Assembly (NCBI GenBank): GCA_965208105.1
Contig: OZ242318.1
Coordinates: 4,704,001 to 4,768,000, forward strand
Direction: 5' to 3'
Length of the DNA stretch: 64,000 bases
From: Candidatus Latescibacterota bacterium
Lineage (GTDB): Bacteria; Latescibacterota; UBA2968; UBA8231
The first letter of the stretch is position 1, and each line of letters begins with the position of its first letter. The notes beneath the pieces were generated by a model. That model did no database searches. It was not told the origin of the DNA and saw only the letters and a list, made by a program, of their open reading frames with translations. Positions 21,509 through 30,721 of this stretch are shown here, one piece after another. Made by a program: the position numbers and the translations under genes.

Positions 21509-22129
21509 ATGACTGGATTGATCGCCAAAAAGCTGGGAATGACCCAGCTCTACAACGAGAAAGAAGACCTGATTCCGGTTACGGTGGTTGGAGCAGGTCC
21601 CTGCCCGATCGCCCAGGTCAAGACACGGGAGGACCATGGCTACACCGCCTTGCAGCTGGCCTTCGAGGAGATCCCGGCGCGCAGGGCAAACAAACCCCAG
21701 GCCGGCTATTTCGCCAAACTCGGAATCAAACCTCACCGTCTTCTGCGGGAGTTCCGTCTCGACGAGCAGGGCGACTACGAGGTGGGACAGGTGCTGGACG
21801 TGGGCCTGTTCGCCGTGGGAGACAAGGTCAAGGTCAGCGGCAAGTCCAAGGGCAAGGGGTTCGCCGGAGTAGTCAAACGTCATAACTTCCATGGCAAGAA
21901 CACCTCCCACGGCACTCCCGACCAGGTGCGCCGAGGCGGCTCGGTTGGACAGGGTACAACCCCGGGCAAGGTCTGGAAGGGCAAGAAGATGCCCGGGCAG
22001 ATGGGCAATGCCAGGGTCACCGTCAAGAACGTGTTCGTTGCCCGGGTCGACGCCGATCGCAACCTTCTCTTTCTCAAAGGTCCGGTGCCGGGAAGCGTCA
22101 ACGGGTACATAACGATTCAGAAGCTGTGA
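21509..22129 (+). CDS. rplC: 50S ribosomal protein L3 (outside the S10 operon)
   Basis: KKLGMTQ, IPVTVV, SKGKGFAGVVKRHNF, GKKMPGQMG, KGPVPG. Confidence 0.97.
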   Translation: MTGLIAKKLGMTQLYNEKEDLIPVTVVGAGPCPIAQVKTREDHGYTALQLAFEEIPARRANKPQAGYFAKLGIKPHRLLREFRLDEQGDYEVGQVLDVGLFAVGDKVKVSGKSKGKGFAGVVKRHNFHGKNTSHGTPDQVRRGGSVGQGTTPGKVWKGKKMPGQMGNARVTVKNVFVARVDADRNLLFLKGPVPGSVNGYITIQKL

Positions 22130-22156
22130 ATCCGCAGCGCGATGATCGAAGGGGAT

Positions 22157-22184
22157 AAAGCGGCCTGGAACGGGCCGCTTTTTT
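22157..22184 (+). terminator. intrinsic terminator after rplC (possibly bidirectional)
   Basis: AAAGCGGCCT-GGAAC-GGGCCGCTTTTTT between convergent genes. Confidence 0.8.
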
Positions 22185-22198
22185 CGTGGGGTCGCCGC

Positions 22199-22594
<396 letters not shown>

Positions 22595-22622
22595 TCAACT
22601 AGCTGGCAGAGTGGCACGGGCA

Positions 22623-22806
22623 TGCAGAGCGGACGGCCCGTCTGGCCGGGATACACGAGCCTGACAGCTCTGTTGACGGCCCCGGACTTCGGCAGCCTGA
22701 AGCCCTCCGAGGTCTGTTCGCCCACCGGGATTCAGGTTGAGGCCGTTAGGAAAATCCTGGAGACCTGGCGGCCCAGGCGATGAGACGAAGGGGCCGCCCT
22801 CTTGCA
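22623..22806 (+). ncRNA. 6S-RNA-like long irregular hairpin (184 nt)
   Basis: End pairing TGCAGAGCGGACGGCCC / GGGGCCGCCCTCTTGCA; inner stems GACGGCC/GGCCGTT and CAGCCTGAA/TTCAGGTTG around a central bubble; G-U pairs favour the + strand. Confidence 0.45.
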
Positions 22807-22891
22807 AATTGGAGAGGCAGGGGTGAATCAGGAGGCGGCCTTAGCTACGAAGTGTCCGTGATCCTCCGGGGCGGCCTCCGATGCGCCCATC

Positions 22892-23893
22892 TCAGGAAAA
22901 TTGGTCGAGGATGAGGTCGATCCGGTCGGCCAGTGGTCTCTCCAGGCGCGGTCCGTAGCGGGATACAACCTGGGCGGCGGCATAGGATCCAAGCTTGGCC
23001 GCCGTCTCCAGGTCGAACCCGTGGGTAATGCCGAAGAGAACTCCTCCCGCAAAGGAATCGCCGGCTCCCGTGGTGTCTACGGCCCCGACCCGAACGGCGG
23101 GAATGTGGCTTCTGCGGACCCCGGCATGGACGATGGCACCCTCCGACCCGCGGGTAATGCAGGCGGAGGCGACGCGCTCGCCCAGGGCATTGCATGCCGC
23201 CTCGGAACCCTCTTCCCCGGTGAGGGCCAGGGCCTCTTCTTCGTTGCAGAACAGCAGGTCTACTCCGCTTTCGAGCAAGCGGAGGAAGCGGTCCTTGAAG
23301 ACGGTGGCCATGGAGGGATCGCTCAGGGTGAGGGATATGGCTGTTCCGTGCCGGCGGGCGAGCTTCTGGGCCAGGCAGCAGGCGTCGAAGCCTTGCTCCG
23401 AGCTCAGGAGGTAGCCTTCGAGATAAACGAATTGGCTGTTTGCAATGATTTCTTCCTGGACCTGTTGGGGGCCCATATTGCTGCTGGCGCCAAGGAAGGT
23501 GTTCAGGGTGCGGTCGGCGTCGGGGGTGATGAGAACCAGGCACTGGCCGGTTTTTCCTGGCAGGCGATTGGATGGATTGCTGGTGACACCGGCTTTCTCC
23601 AGGTCCTTCTCGTAGAAGTCACCCCATTCGTCCCCGCCCAATTGGCAGGCGTAGTGGGCACGGCCGCCAAAGCGCGCCACGGCGATCATGGTATTGGCGG
23701 CCGATCCACCGGAAGCGCGGGCGATGGGCTCTTTTCCTTCCAGGGCCTGAAAGAGCACCTGCCGGCGTTCGCTGTCGATGAGGGTCATGATGCCCTTCTC
23801 GACGCCGAGTTCAGCCAGGCATTCCGCGGATACGGTATACTGAATGTCCACGAGGGCATGACCGACACCGCAGACATCGTGCCGTCGAATCAT
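22892..23893 (-). CDS. PfkB-family (adenosine kinase-like) kinase
   Basis: GGSAANT, ITPDADRT, YLEGY, FCNEEEA, DTTGAGDSFAGG. Confidence 0.92.
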   Translation of the reverse strand: MIRRHDVCGVGHALVDIQYTVSAECLAELGVEKGIMTLIDSERRQVLFQALEGKEPIARASGGSAANTMIAVARFGGRAHYACQLGGDEWGDFYEKDLEKAGVTSNPSNRLPGKTGQCLVLITPDADRTLNTFLGASSNMGPQQVQEEIIANSQFVYLEGYLLSSEQGFDACCLAQKLARRHGTAISLTLSDPSMATVFKDRFLRLLESGVDLLFCNEEEALALTGEEGSEAACNALGERVASACITRGSEGAIVHAGVRRSHIPAVRVGAVDTTGAGDSFAGGVLFGITHGFDLETAAKLGSYAAAQVVSRYGPRLERPLADRIDLILDQFS

Positions 23894-24154
23894 CGCTCCC
23901 TCTCCAATGTCTTGAGGAGCGCCTGCGCAAGAGTAGAATGGAAAAGTTTGCAACCGTCGGGCAATGAATGAACCGAAAGATTTTGGGGCAAACCGGGCGA
24001 ATCCTCTTGATTATATTTGCAGTGGAAGTTAAGATATAGACCGACCGGCGCCCGTATGTGCGGGCACTGGTCGAATCGGGATCATGGTCCTGGGCGGCAA
24101 GGCCTTTACGGCATAGCCGCCACCCTGCAAACCCGCATACAGGAGGTAGAGAAT

Positions 24155-24676
24155 ATCGCCCCAAAGAGACCGTCGTTTACCAGGATCAATCGAGATATCC
24201 GAGTGCCGCAGATCCGCCTGCTTGATGCAGACGGTCGTCAGATCGGGATCGTCGATACTCACAAAGGTCTTGAGAGGGCCGAAGAAGCGGATCTGGATCT
24301 GGTCGAAATAGCTCCTGAGGCCAAGCCGCCGGTTTGCCGGATCATGGACTTCGGCAAGTACCGATACGACAAGGAGAAGAAAGCCAAGGAGGCGCGCAAG
24401 AAACAACACCAGGTCCAGATGAAGGGGATTCGGCTGGGGGGTCCCAATATTTCCGACCACGACATCGAATACCGCATGGGTCATATACGCGAGTTCATCG
24501 GCCATGGAAACAGGGTCAAGGTCAGTCTGCGTTTCAAGGGACGGCAAATGGCCTACAAGGAGCGCGGCCGCGAGGTCCTCGACGATCTCGCCCACAAGCT
24601 AGAGGATATTGCCATACTTGACCAGGCGCCAAGAATGGAAGGGCGCGAGATGTCCATAATTCTAAGGCCGATCTGA
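24155..24676 (+). CDS. infC: translation initiation factor IF-3 with ATC start codon
   Basis: AGGAGG 8 nt before an in-frame ATC; RINRDI, LDLVEI, PPVCRIMDFGKY, RFKGRQ. Confidence 0.95.
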   Translation: MAPKRPSFTRINRDIRVPQIRLLDADGRQIGIVDTHKGLERAEEADLDLVEIAPEAKPPVCRIMDFGKYRYDKEKKAKEARKKQHQVQMKGIRLGGPNISDHDIEYRMGHIREFIGHGNRVKVSLRFKGRQMAYKERGREVLDDLAHKLEDIAILDQAPRMEGREMSIILRPI

Positions 24677-24855
24677 AACCCTCTATAAATCCGGTCTCCG
24701 CCACCTGCGAGCGCGTCGCGGGAACCATGTGCGCCGGTCGGCCCTCCTGGCCATCCTCGACGGACCGGCAGAAATCAATATCGGTACCATCCTGGCCCAC
24801 CCTTCCCCGGGTTGGCCATTTCTGGTTCAGTGGAATTTCAGGCAGTTGGGAGGAG

Positions 24856-25197
24856 TTAGAACCGGGGAGCAGGGGATTGTCCGGCGTCCTCTCCGAGATC
24901 GATGGTCGGGGAGGTCGATTCGCCTTCCAGCCGCCGGGTAACATTGTCGAGGCACTGGTCGGTTCTGGTTAGCAGATTATCCTTTTTCCTTCGTTCTTCC
25001 AGGACTTTCTCGGCGATATTCAGAGCTGCGAGCACGGCTACATCCAGCGGCGGAATCGTGGCCGTGGCGGATACTTCGCGCATCTTCGAGTCCAAGTATG
25101 CTGCAACTCTCTTTATATGGGCGGGATCCACTCCCTCGTTGCTCAAGGGGTAGGTCTGGTCGTATATCTTGACCTTGACAATTTTGTCCCGGGACAT
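24856..25197 (-). CDS. zapA: cell division protein ZapA
   Basis: VKVKIYDQTY, VAAYLDSKM, AVLAALNIA, coiled-coil tail. Confidence 0.88.
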   Translation of the reverse strand: MSRDKIVKVKIYDQTYPLSNEGVDPAHIKRVAAYLDSKMREVSATATIPPLDVAVLAALNIAEKVLEERRKKDNLLTRTDQCLDNVTRRLEGESTSPTIDLGEDAGQSPAPRF

Positions 25198-25224
25198 GAA
25201 TGCGGCAGGGGTGGGTGATGTGGG

Positions 25225-25270
25225 GAAAAAAATGGGGACTTCCGAGATCTCCCCTTCTCCCGGAAGTCCC
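25225..25270 (-). terminator. terminator-like hairpin in the zapA leader
   Basis: Minus strand GGGACTTCCGGGA-loop-TCTCGGAAGTCCC followed by CATTTTTTT. Confidence 0.55.
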
Positions 25271-25301
25271 TCTTCTGCGCGCTAACCACGTGGTTAGAGA
25301 C

Positions 25302-25330
25302 AAGATATTGTGGAGAGAAATATTTGTCAA
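25302..25330 (-). promoter_or_regulatory. sigma70-type promoter TTGACA-N17-TATCTT upstream of zapA
   Basis: Consensus -35 and 17-bp spacing in an AT-rich intergenic region. Confidence 0.6.
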
Positions 25331-25682
25331 CAACATATTGATATATTTTGCAATTTTGTTTGGAACAAACTTGGCGCCAAAAGATTGGGTGATTCACAGG
25401 ACAATCTGTGCTAAGTTGAGGTGTTTAACGGCTTCTCCCAGTATAGATCACATCGTGGAGAACAATCAATCCCGAGATCAAAGCGCAGGGGACTGGCCAA
25501 CCAGGCAGGGAATTGCCTGCCTGGGGGAGTTTTTCGCAGTGAAACGAGACAATTATGGACCTTTCAAGCTGGCCGGGACAGTTGCCCATCCGGCTTTGCA
25601 TTGCAGGTGAAATCAAGGGTTTGGCCCGGGCTGCAACAGAGGTCCGGGCGGGTCCAGTATTGAGAGGCAGGAGGTAGGCGCA

Positions 25683-26978
25683 ATGGAACCTGTCGGCGTG
25701 TGGTTGCCGTTCGGGCGCTCGGGCCTGAACGCCGAGATCATGCCTCCCAATTTCCTGGGAGTTTTCGAGCCGCGCGAGGTCGGCACCTCCACTGACGAGG
25801 CCGAACTTCTTCGCAAAGCTCTGGCGCGGCCTGTTGGATCATCGCCATTGTCCGAGTTGGCCCGGAAGGGGAAGAGGGCTGTCGTTGTCACCAGCGATTT
25901 AACGCGTCCTTGTCCTTCCCGGCGGATGTTGCCTGCAATCGTGAATGAACTTGGGGCGGGAGGTATCGCCGACGCCGATATAACCGTTGTCATCGCCCTG
26001 GGGCTGCACCGAGCCATGACGGCGGCCGAGCTCAGGGAGGAGGTAGGCTCCGAGATCTACGACCGCGTGCGAGTGATCAACCACGACCCGGATGATACGG
26101 TCCATCTCGGGTTTACATCCGCAGGCACCCCTGTGGAGATCTTCCGCCCGGTTGTCGAGGCCGACTTGCGGGTCTGTCTGGGGAATATTGAATTCCACTA
26201 TTTTGCCGGCTTTTCAGGCGGTGCCAAGGCGGTGCTTCCCGGCTGTTCCTCTCGAGCGACGGTGACCGCCAACCACGCATTGATGGTGCGGCCTGAGGCT
26301 GTAGCGGGACGGCTGGATGACAATCCGCTACGGGTCGATATCGAGGAAGGGGTGGCAATGTTGGGAGTGGACTTCATCCTCAATGTCGTGGTGGATGGCA
26401 GCCACAAAATCGTCTCCGCCGTGGCTGGCGATGTGCGGGAAGCGCATCGGTCCGGCTGCGAAATAGTGACCGGGTGCGGTTCGGTACTGATTCCCCAGCT
26501 CGCCGATATCGTCCTGGTGGGTGCGGGTGGCCATCCAGGCGATGTGAATCTCTACCAGGCGCAAAAGGCACTGGAGAACGCCGCCTGCGCCGTCAGGGAT
26601 GGAGGTATCATAATCTGGGCGGCGGAGTGCAGCGAGGGCTTGGGCAACCAGACCTTTGAGACCTGGCTGCGGCAGGCGTCTTCCCCAGAAGAAATTCTGG
26701 ACCGCATCCAGGGCGAGTTCGTGCTGGGAGGGCACAAAGCTGCGGCTGTCGCCACCGTGCTGCAACGGGCAAGGATCTTTCTGGTCTCCTCGTTGCCGGC
26801 TGAGTTGGTGGATAAAATTGGCCTGGTCGTATTCAGGGACCTGGAGGAGGCGCTGGAGAAGGGATTTTCGGAACTGGGTGAGGAAGCCAAGGTGATGGTT
26901 TTACCTCGCGGTGGTTCTGTCTTTCCAATGCTGCACCATCAGGGCAAGGGCCAAATGGAACCCATCTCGGGGAGCTGA
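25683..26978 (+). CDS. LarA-family nickel-pincer-dependent racemase/epimerase
   Basis: SDLTRP, ALGLHR, NHD, HYFAGFSGGAKAVLPG, NLYQAQKA. Confidence 0.88.
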   Translation: MEPVGVWLPFGRSGLNAEIMPPNFLGVFEPREVGTSTDEAELLRKALARPVGSSPLSELARKGKRAVVVTSDLTRPCPSRRMLPAIVNELGAGGIADADITVVIALGLHRAMTAAELREEVGSEIYDRVRVINHDPDDTVHLGFTSAGTPVEIFRPVVEADLRVCLGNIEFHYFAGFSGGAKAVLPGCSSRATVTANHALMVRPEAVAGRLDDNPLRVDIEEGVAMLGVDFILNVVVDGSHKIVSAVAGDVREAHRSGCEIVTGCGSVLIPQLADIVLVGAGGHPGDVNLYQAQKALENAACAVRDGGIIIWAAECSEGLGNQTFETWLRQASSPEEILDRIQGEFVLGGHKAAAVATVLQRARIFLVSSLPAELVDKIGLVVFRDLEEALEKGFSELGEEAKVMVLPRGGSVFPMLHHQGKGQMEPISGS

Positions 26979-27158
26979 GTTCAGGTCTTCCTGCTTGCAT
27001 GTGATTGAATTGGTTCATGGAGGAGGATTTCCCCATTCTCAAGCTTCATCGGTCGCTGCGGCCCTGGACCGTCTCTCAAGGCGGCTGAAGTTTCGTACTC
27101 TGATCCGCATCGAGGGGCAACCTGGTGGGGTATTTTTCTTCCAGAAGAGTCCCGGGCC

Positions 27159-28277
27159 CTAAACATTTGCTCTGGAATCCTCATCTCCTCGAAACAGGTC
27201 AAGCTGCTTTGATTTTTCCCTGTCGAATCCTGCTATTCCGATCCCGAGGAGGCGCACGCCGCGGCCAAATGCTTCGGTGCGGGCGAGTAGCTCGAGGGCA
27301 AGCTTGAGAATGGGTGCGGTCTGGTCTATGTAGATGACCAGGGACTGTGAGCGGGTCACGGTCTGGAAGTCGGGGTAGCGCGCCTTCAGGGTTACGACCC
27401 GTCCCTTGAGATTGCGGCGCTGGAGGCGATGGCTCAACTCGGTGGCCAGTTCATCCAGGACCTGGCGCATTTTACCGGGATCGTGGATATCGGCTGGAAA
27501 AGTGGTCTCCTGGCTTATTTGCTTGGGCTCATGGGTGGGAGAAACGGGGTCGTCGTCTTCTCCCCTGGCCAGGCGCCACAACTGGGCACCCCGCCTTCCG
27601 AAGATTTGTGAGAGATTTTCTACAGGGGACTCGGCCAGTTCTCCAACGGTGTGGATCCGCAGTGCTTCGAGCTTGGCCTGGTTGACCTTGCCCACACCGG
27701 GAATTCTGGATACGGGAAGGTCGCGCAAAAACTCCCTTGTCTGATCGGGCATCACCACCACGAATCCATCGGGCTTGTCGAGATCGGATGCGATCTTGGC
27801 CAGTGTCTTGTTGGGTGCAACACCGACCGAGGCAGTCAATTGAAGCTGCCGGTGGATATCTGCCTTGATCATCCTGGCTACCCGCGATCCAAAGGGAATA
27901 CCCGGCTTGTTCGAGGTCACGTCCAGGTATGCCTCGTCCAGGGCCATGGGTTCGATAAGGTCGGTGTATTTCCGGAATTTGGCGTGGATTCGGGAAGAGG
28001 CTTGGTGATATTTGCCGAAGTCAAGAGAAACCCGGACGAGGTTGGGGCATAGGCGCAGGGCGGTTCTCATGGGCATTGCCGAATGAATACCGAAGCGCCG
28101 CGCTTCGTAGGAGGCGGCAGCGACCACGCCTCTCCCCTCGGGATTGCCGCCGACCACCAGGGGTTTGCCGCACAGGGCAGGATCGTCGCGCTGCTCGACC
28201 GAGGCATAGAAGGCGTCCATGTCGACGTGGATGATTTTGCGGCAGCCCACCGACACCCGCGGAGGTGGCTGTTTCAC
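27159..28277 (-). CDS. dinB: DNA polymerase IV
   Basis: IIHVDMDAFYASVEQRD, AASYEAR, LDEAYLD, AKIASD; GTG start overlaps the upstream stop (GTGA). Confidence 0.95.
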   Translation of the reverse strand: MKQPPPRVSVGCRKIIHVDMDAFYASVEQRDDPALCGKPLVVGGNPEGRGVVAAASYEARRFGIHSAMPMRTALRLCPNLVRVSLDFGKYHQASSRIHAKFRKYTDLIEPMALDEAYLDVTSNKPGIPFGSRVARMIKADIHRQLQLTASVGVAPNKTLAKIASDLDKPDGFVVVMPDQTREFLRDLPVSRIPGVGKVNQAKLEALRIHTVGELAESPVENLSQIFGRRGAQLWRLARGEDDDPVSPTHEPKQISQETTFPADIHDPGKMRQVLDELATELSHRLQRRNLKGRVVTLKARYPDFQTVTRSQSLVIYIDQTAPILKLALELLARTEAFGRGVRLLGIGIAGFDREKSKQLDLFRGDEDSRANV

Positions 28278-29335
28278 GGCGATCTTGGGAAGGGCAGGGC
28301 AGTCACCTCCGCCTTCTGGACACATCCGTCGAAATCATACTCGACCTCGGTTCCCGGTGAACAGTAAGCTCGTCGGACATAGGCCAGGGCGATATTGTTT
28401 TTCAGGTGAGGAGAATACACCGCTGAGGTAATCTTCCCGGCGGCGCGACGCCCGGAGCGAATGGGGGTGGGGGATGCCGGGGTTCGCCCCGGCGGCAGCC
28501 TCAGGCCCATCAAGTGTTGCCTGACCTTGTCATAGGTGTTGAGGCGGGCTATCACCTCCTGCCCGATGTAGCAGCCCTTGTCCGGGTGGATCGCGTGCCC
28601 CAGATTCGCTTCCCAGGGATTGTACTCCTCCGTAAGTTCGCGGTCCAGGACCGGCTGGCCGGCCTCGATGCGCAGGATCTCCCAGCCGTCCTCGCCAATG
28701 GGAAGGGCACCCCCGGCCTGCAGTTCTTCCCACACACATCGGATTTTCTCTGGTGATCCCGCGATGCGGAAGCCCCGATGGCCGCAAAAGTCCAGGGGCG
28801 CCAGCCAAAGTCCCTTTGAGGCAGGGTCACTCGACAAGTGGTGAACTGCTTCAACTCCATTCTGTCCGAGGGCGGCGCCTAGAGCGGCCGCCCGAGGTCC
28901 CATCAGTTCGATCATGGAGGTGCTGGCGGTGATGTCTTCGAAGAAGATTTTTTCGGCGAATATATAGCGGTCGAGCCAGGCCGGTATTTTCTTTCTGCCC
29001 TTAGGACTGAGGACAGACAAGGTGGAGTCATTGCTGCGGTAGAAGGCACCCACGTCGAGGATTCGGGCACGGCCTTCCACGAACACGGCTTCAAATCCAG
29101 TCCCCGGCAGCAGACTGTTGAAGTCATTGGTCGTCATGCGATGCAGGAAGTCGAGATGGTCTTCTCCGGTAATGCGGAGGCGGCCCCAATGAGAGGCATC
29201 GCGCAGTACCGCAGAAGAATGCGCCGCTTCGTATTCCGCTTCAGGGTCGCCGTAATGGCGCGGGATTTCCCAGTCGCCGAAGGTCGAAAACTCAGCGCCT
29301 TTTTCTTGGGTGAGATGGAATAGGGTTGTCCTCAT
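28274..29335 (-). CDS. folate-binding GcvT/YgfZ-family protein
   Basis: GcvT-like N-terminus; LRIEAG and KGCYIGQE signature. Confidence 0.88.
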   Translation of the reverse strand: MRTTLFHLTQEKGAEFSTFGDWEIPRHYGDPEAEYEAAHSSAVLRDASHWGRLRITGEDHLDFLHRMTTNDFNSLLPGTGFEAVFVEGRARILDVGAFYRSNDSTLSVLSPKGRKKIPAWLDRYIFAEKIFFEDITASTSMIELMGPRAAALGAALGQNGVEAVHHLSSDPASKGLWLAPLDFCGHRGFRIAGSPEKIRCVWEELQAGGALPIGEDGWEILRIEAGQPVLDRELTEEYNPWEANLGHAIHPDKGCYIGQEVIARLNTYDKVRQHLMGLRLPPGRTPASPTPIRSGRRAAGKITSAVYSPHLKNNIALAYVRRAYCSPGTEVEYDFDGCVQKAEVTALPFPRSP

Positions 29336-29338
29336 GAT

Positions 29339-30712
29339 TCAGCGGATGTGACGATCCGGTTGTCCTCGACATTGTCTCACCTGCTCCAGGGCATCGACGA
29401 GACTTTTCTCGATCAGGTCGCACATTTCATCGATGTCTCCTTTTTCCGCGATCAGGGCAGGGCCCACCGCAAACCAGGTGGGGTCGACGCGGATGATCAG
29501 TCCGTTTTTCAGCGCAGTGCGCTTCAGGGCCATTCCAAGTTCCGGGAATGGTTCCATGCTCCGGGTGTCGCGTACAAGCTCCACCCCCCGGAACAAGCCC
29601 CTGCCCCGAACTTCGCGGATTACGCCGTAGCGCTTGAGACCTTCGAGCCTGGCCGCAAGATAGTTCCCCAGTTCCCCGGCCTTGCGGTCCAGCCCCTTCT
29701 CCACGATTTCATCGATCACGGCCATTCCCACCGCACATCCGAGCGGGTTGTTGGCAAAGGTATGGCCGTGGGAAAAATTGGTTTCGTCCTCCGCTGGGCC
29801 CAGGAAAACCTCGCCCATTTCCTCGCGGGCGATCATTGCGGCCAGGGGGATGGCGCCGCTGGACATGCCCTTGCCGCAGCAGATGACGTCCGGCGCTACG
29901 CCGAAGGTTTGGGCGGCGAACATCGAACCGGTGCGGCCGAAGCCGGTAATGATCTCATCGTAGATCAGGACCACGTTGTGTCGGTCGCAAATCGCGCGGA
30001 TAATCCGGAAGTACTCCTCGGTTGGGGTGATGACTCCACCGGTATTGCTGATGGGCTCGAGGACGACCCCCGCCACCGTCTCCGGATCTTCGTTGACGAT
30101 CACGTCCTCGAACATCTCGGCGCAAAAGCGGTTGCACTCCTCCCAGGAGGAAAATTGGTCCCGGTAATAGGTAGGTGGAAAAACCTTCGGAAATCCTGCA
30201 ATGTGTGGTTCGAATGGAGTCTTGCGCTTTCCCGTTCCGCTGGCCGCCATGGCGCCGAAAGTGGCCCCATGGTAACCGAAATAGCGACTGATGAACTTGA
30301 ACTTTGCCGGATGACCGCTTTGCCGGTGGTACTGGCGGGTGAACTTGAGGGCGGATTCGATGGCCTCTGAGCCCCCGCTGTAGGACTTTATGAAGTTCAG
30401 ATTTTCGGGTGAAATGCTCCCCAGCTTTTCCACGAAGTCCAGGGCAATGTCAGCTATCCCGTGCATGGGAGGGGCGAGGCTCAATGTTTCCAGTTGCCTG
30501 TGCACCGCCTCCAGGACGCGAGGATGGCCGTGGCCGAGGGTCGCGACGAAGATCCCCGCGATGCCGTCGAAATAGCGCTTTCCCTCCACGTCCCAGTAGT
30601 AAAGTCCACGAGCTTTCTGCACGACGAGGGGGTTGTCGAAGAAGGCTGCGGTGGGCTGGTAGTCCAAAAAGGTGTGCTCAAGCAGCTTCTTTCGCCGTCC
30701 ATCGAGCTCCAT
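29339..30712 (-). CDS. class III PLP-dependent aminotransferase
   Basis: GGSEAIE, YHGAT, DEIITGFGRTG, GKGMSSG, GHTF. Confidence 0.92.
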   Translation of the reverse strand: MELDGRRKKLLEHTFLDYQPTAAFFDNPLVVQKARGLYYWDVEGKRYFDGIAGIFVATLGHGHPRVLEAVHRQLETLSLAPPMHGIADIALDFVEKLGSISPENLNFIKSYSGGSEAIESALKFTRQYHRQSGHPAKFKFISRYFGYHGATFGAMAASGTGKRKTPFEPHIAGFPKVFPPTYYRDQFSSWEECNRFCAEMFEDVIVNEDPETVAGVVLEPISNTGGVITPTEEYFRIIRAICDRHNVVLIYDEIITGFGRTGSMFAAQTFGVAPDVICCGKGMSSGAIPLAAMIAREEMGEVFLGPAEDETNFSHGHTFANNPLGCAVGMAVIDEIVEKGLDRKAGELGNYLAARLEGLKRYGVIREVRGRGLFRGVELVRDTRSMEPFPELGMALKRTALKNGLIIRVDPTWFAVGPALIAEKGDIDEMCDLIEKSLVDALEQVRQCRGQPDRHIR

Positions 30713-30721
30713 CGCGATTTC

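Noticed and set aside
24680-24880. Possible 6S RNA directly downstream of zapA, its usual genomic position
   Set aside because: Some stems are present (GAACCA/TGGTTC, GCCGGT/ACCGGC) but end pairing is poor and would overlap the zapA coding tail; not called without a covariance-model search
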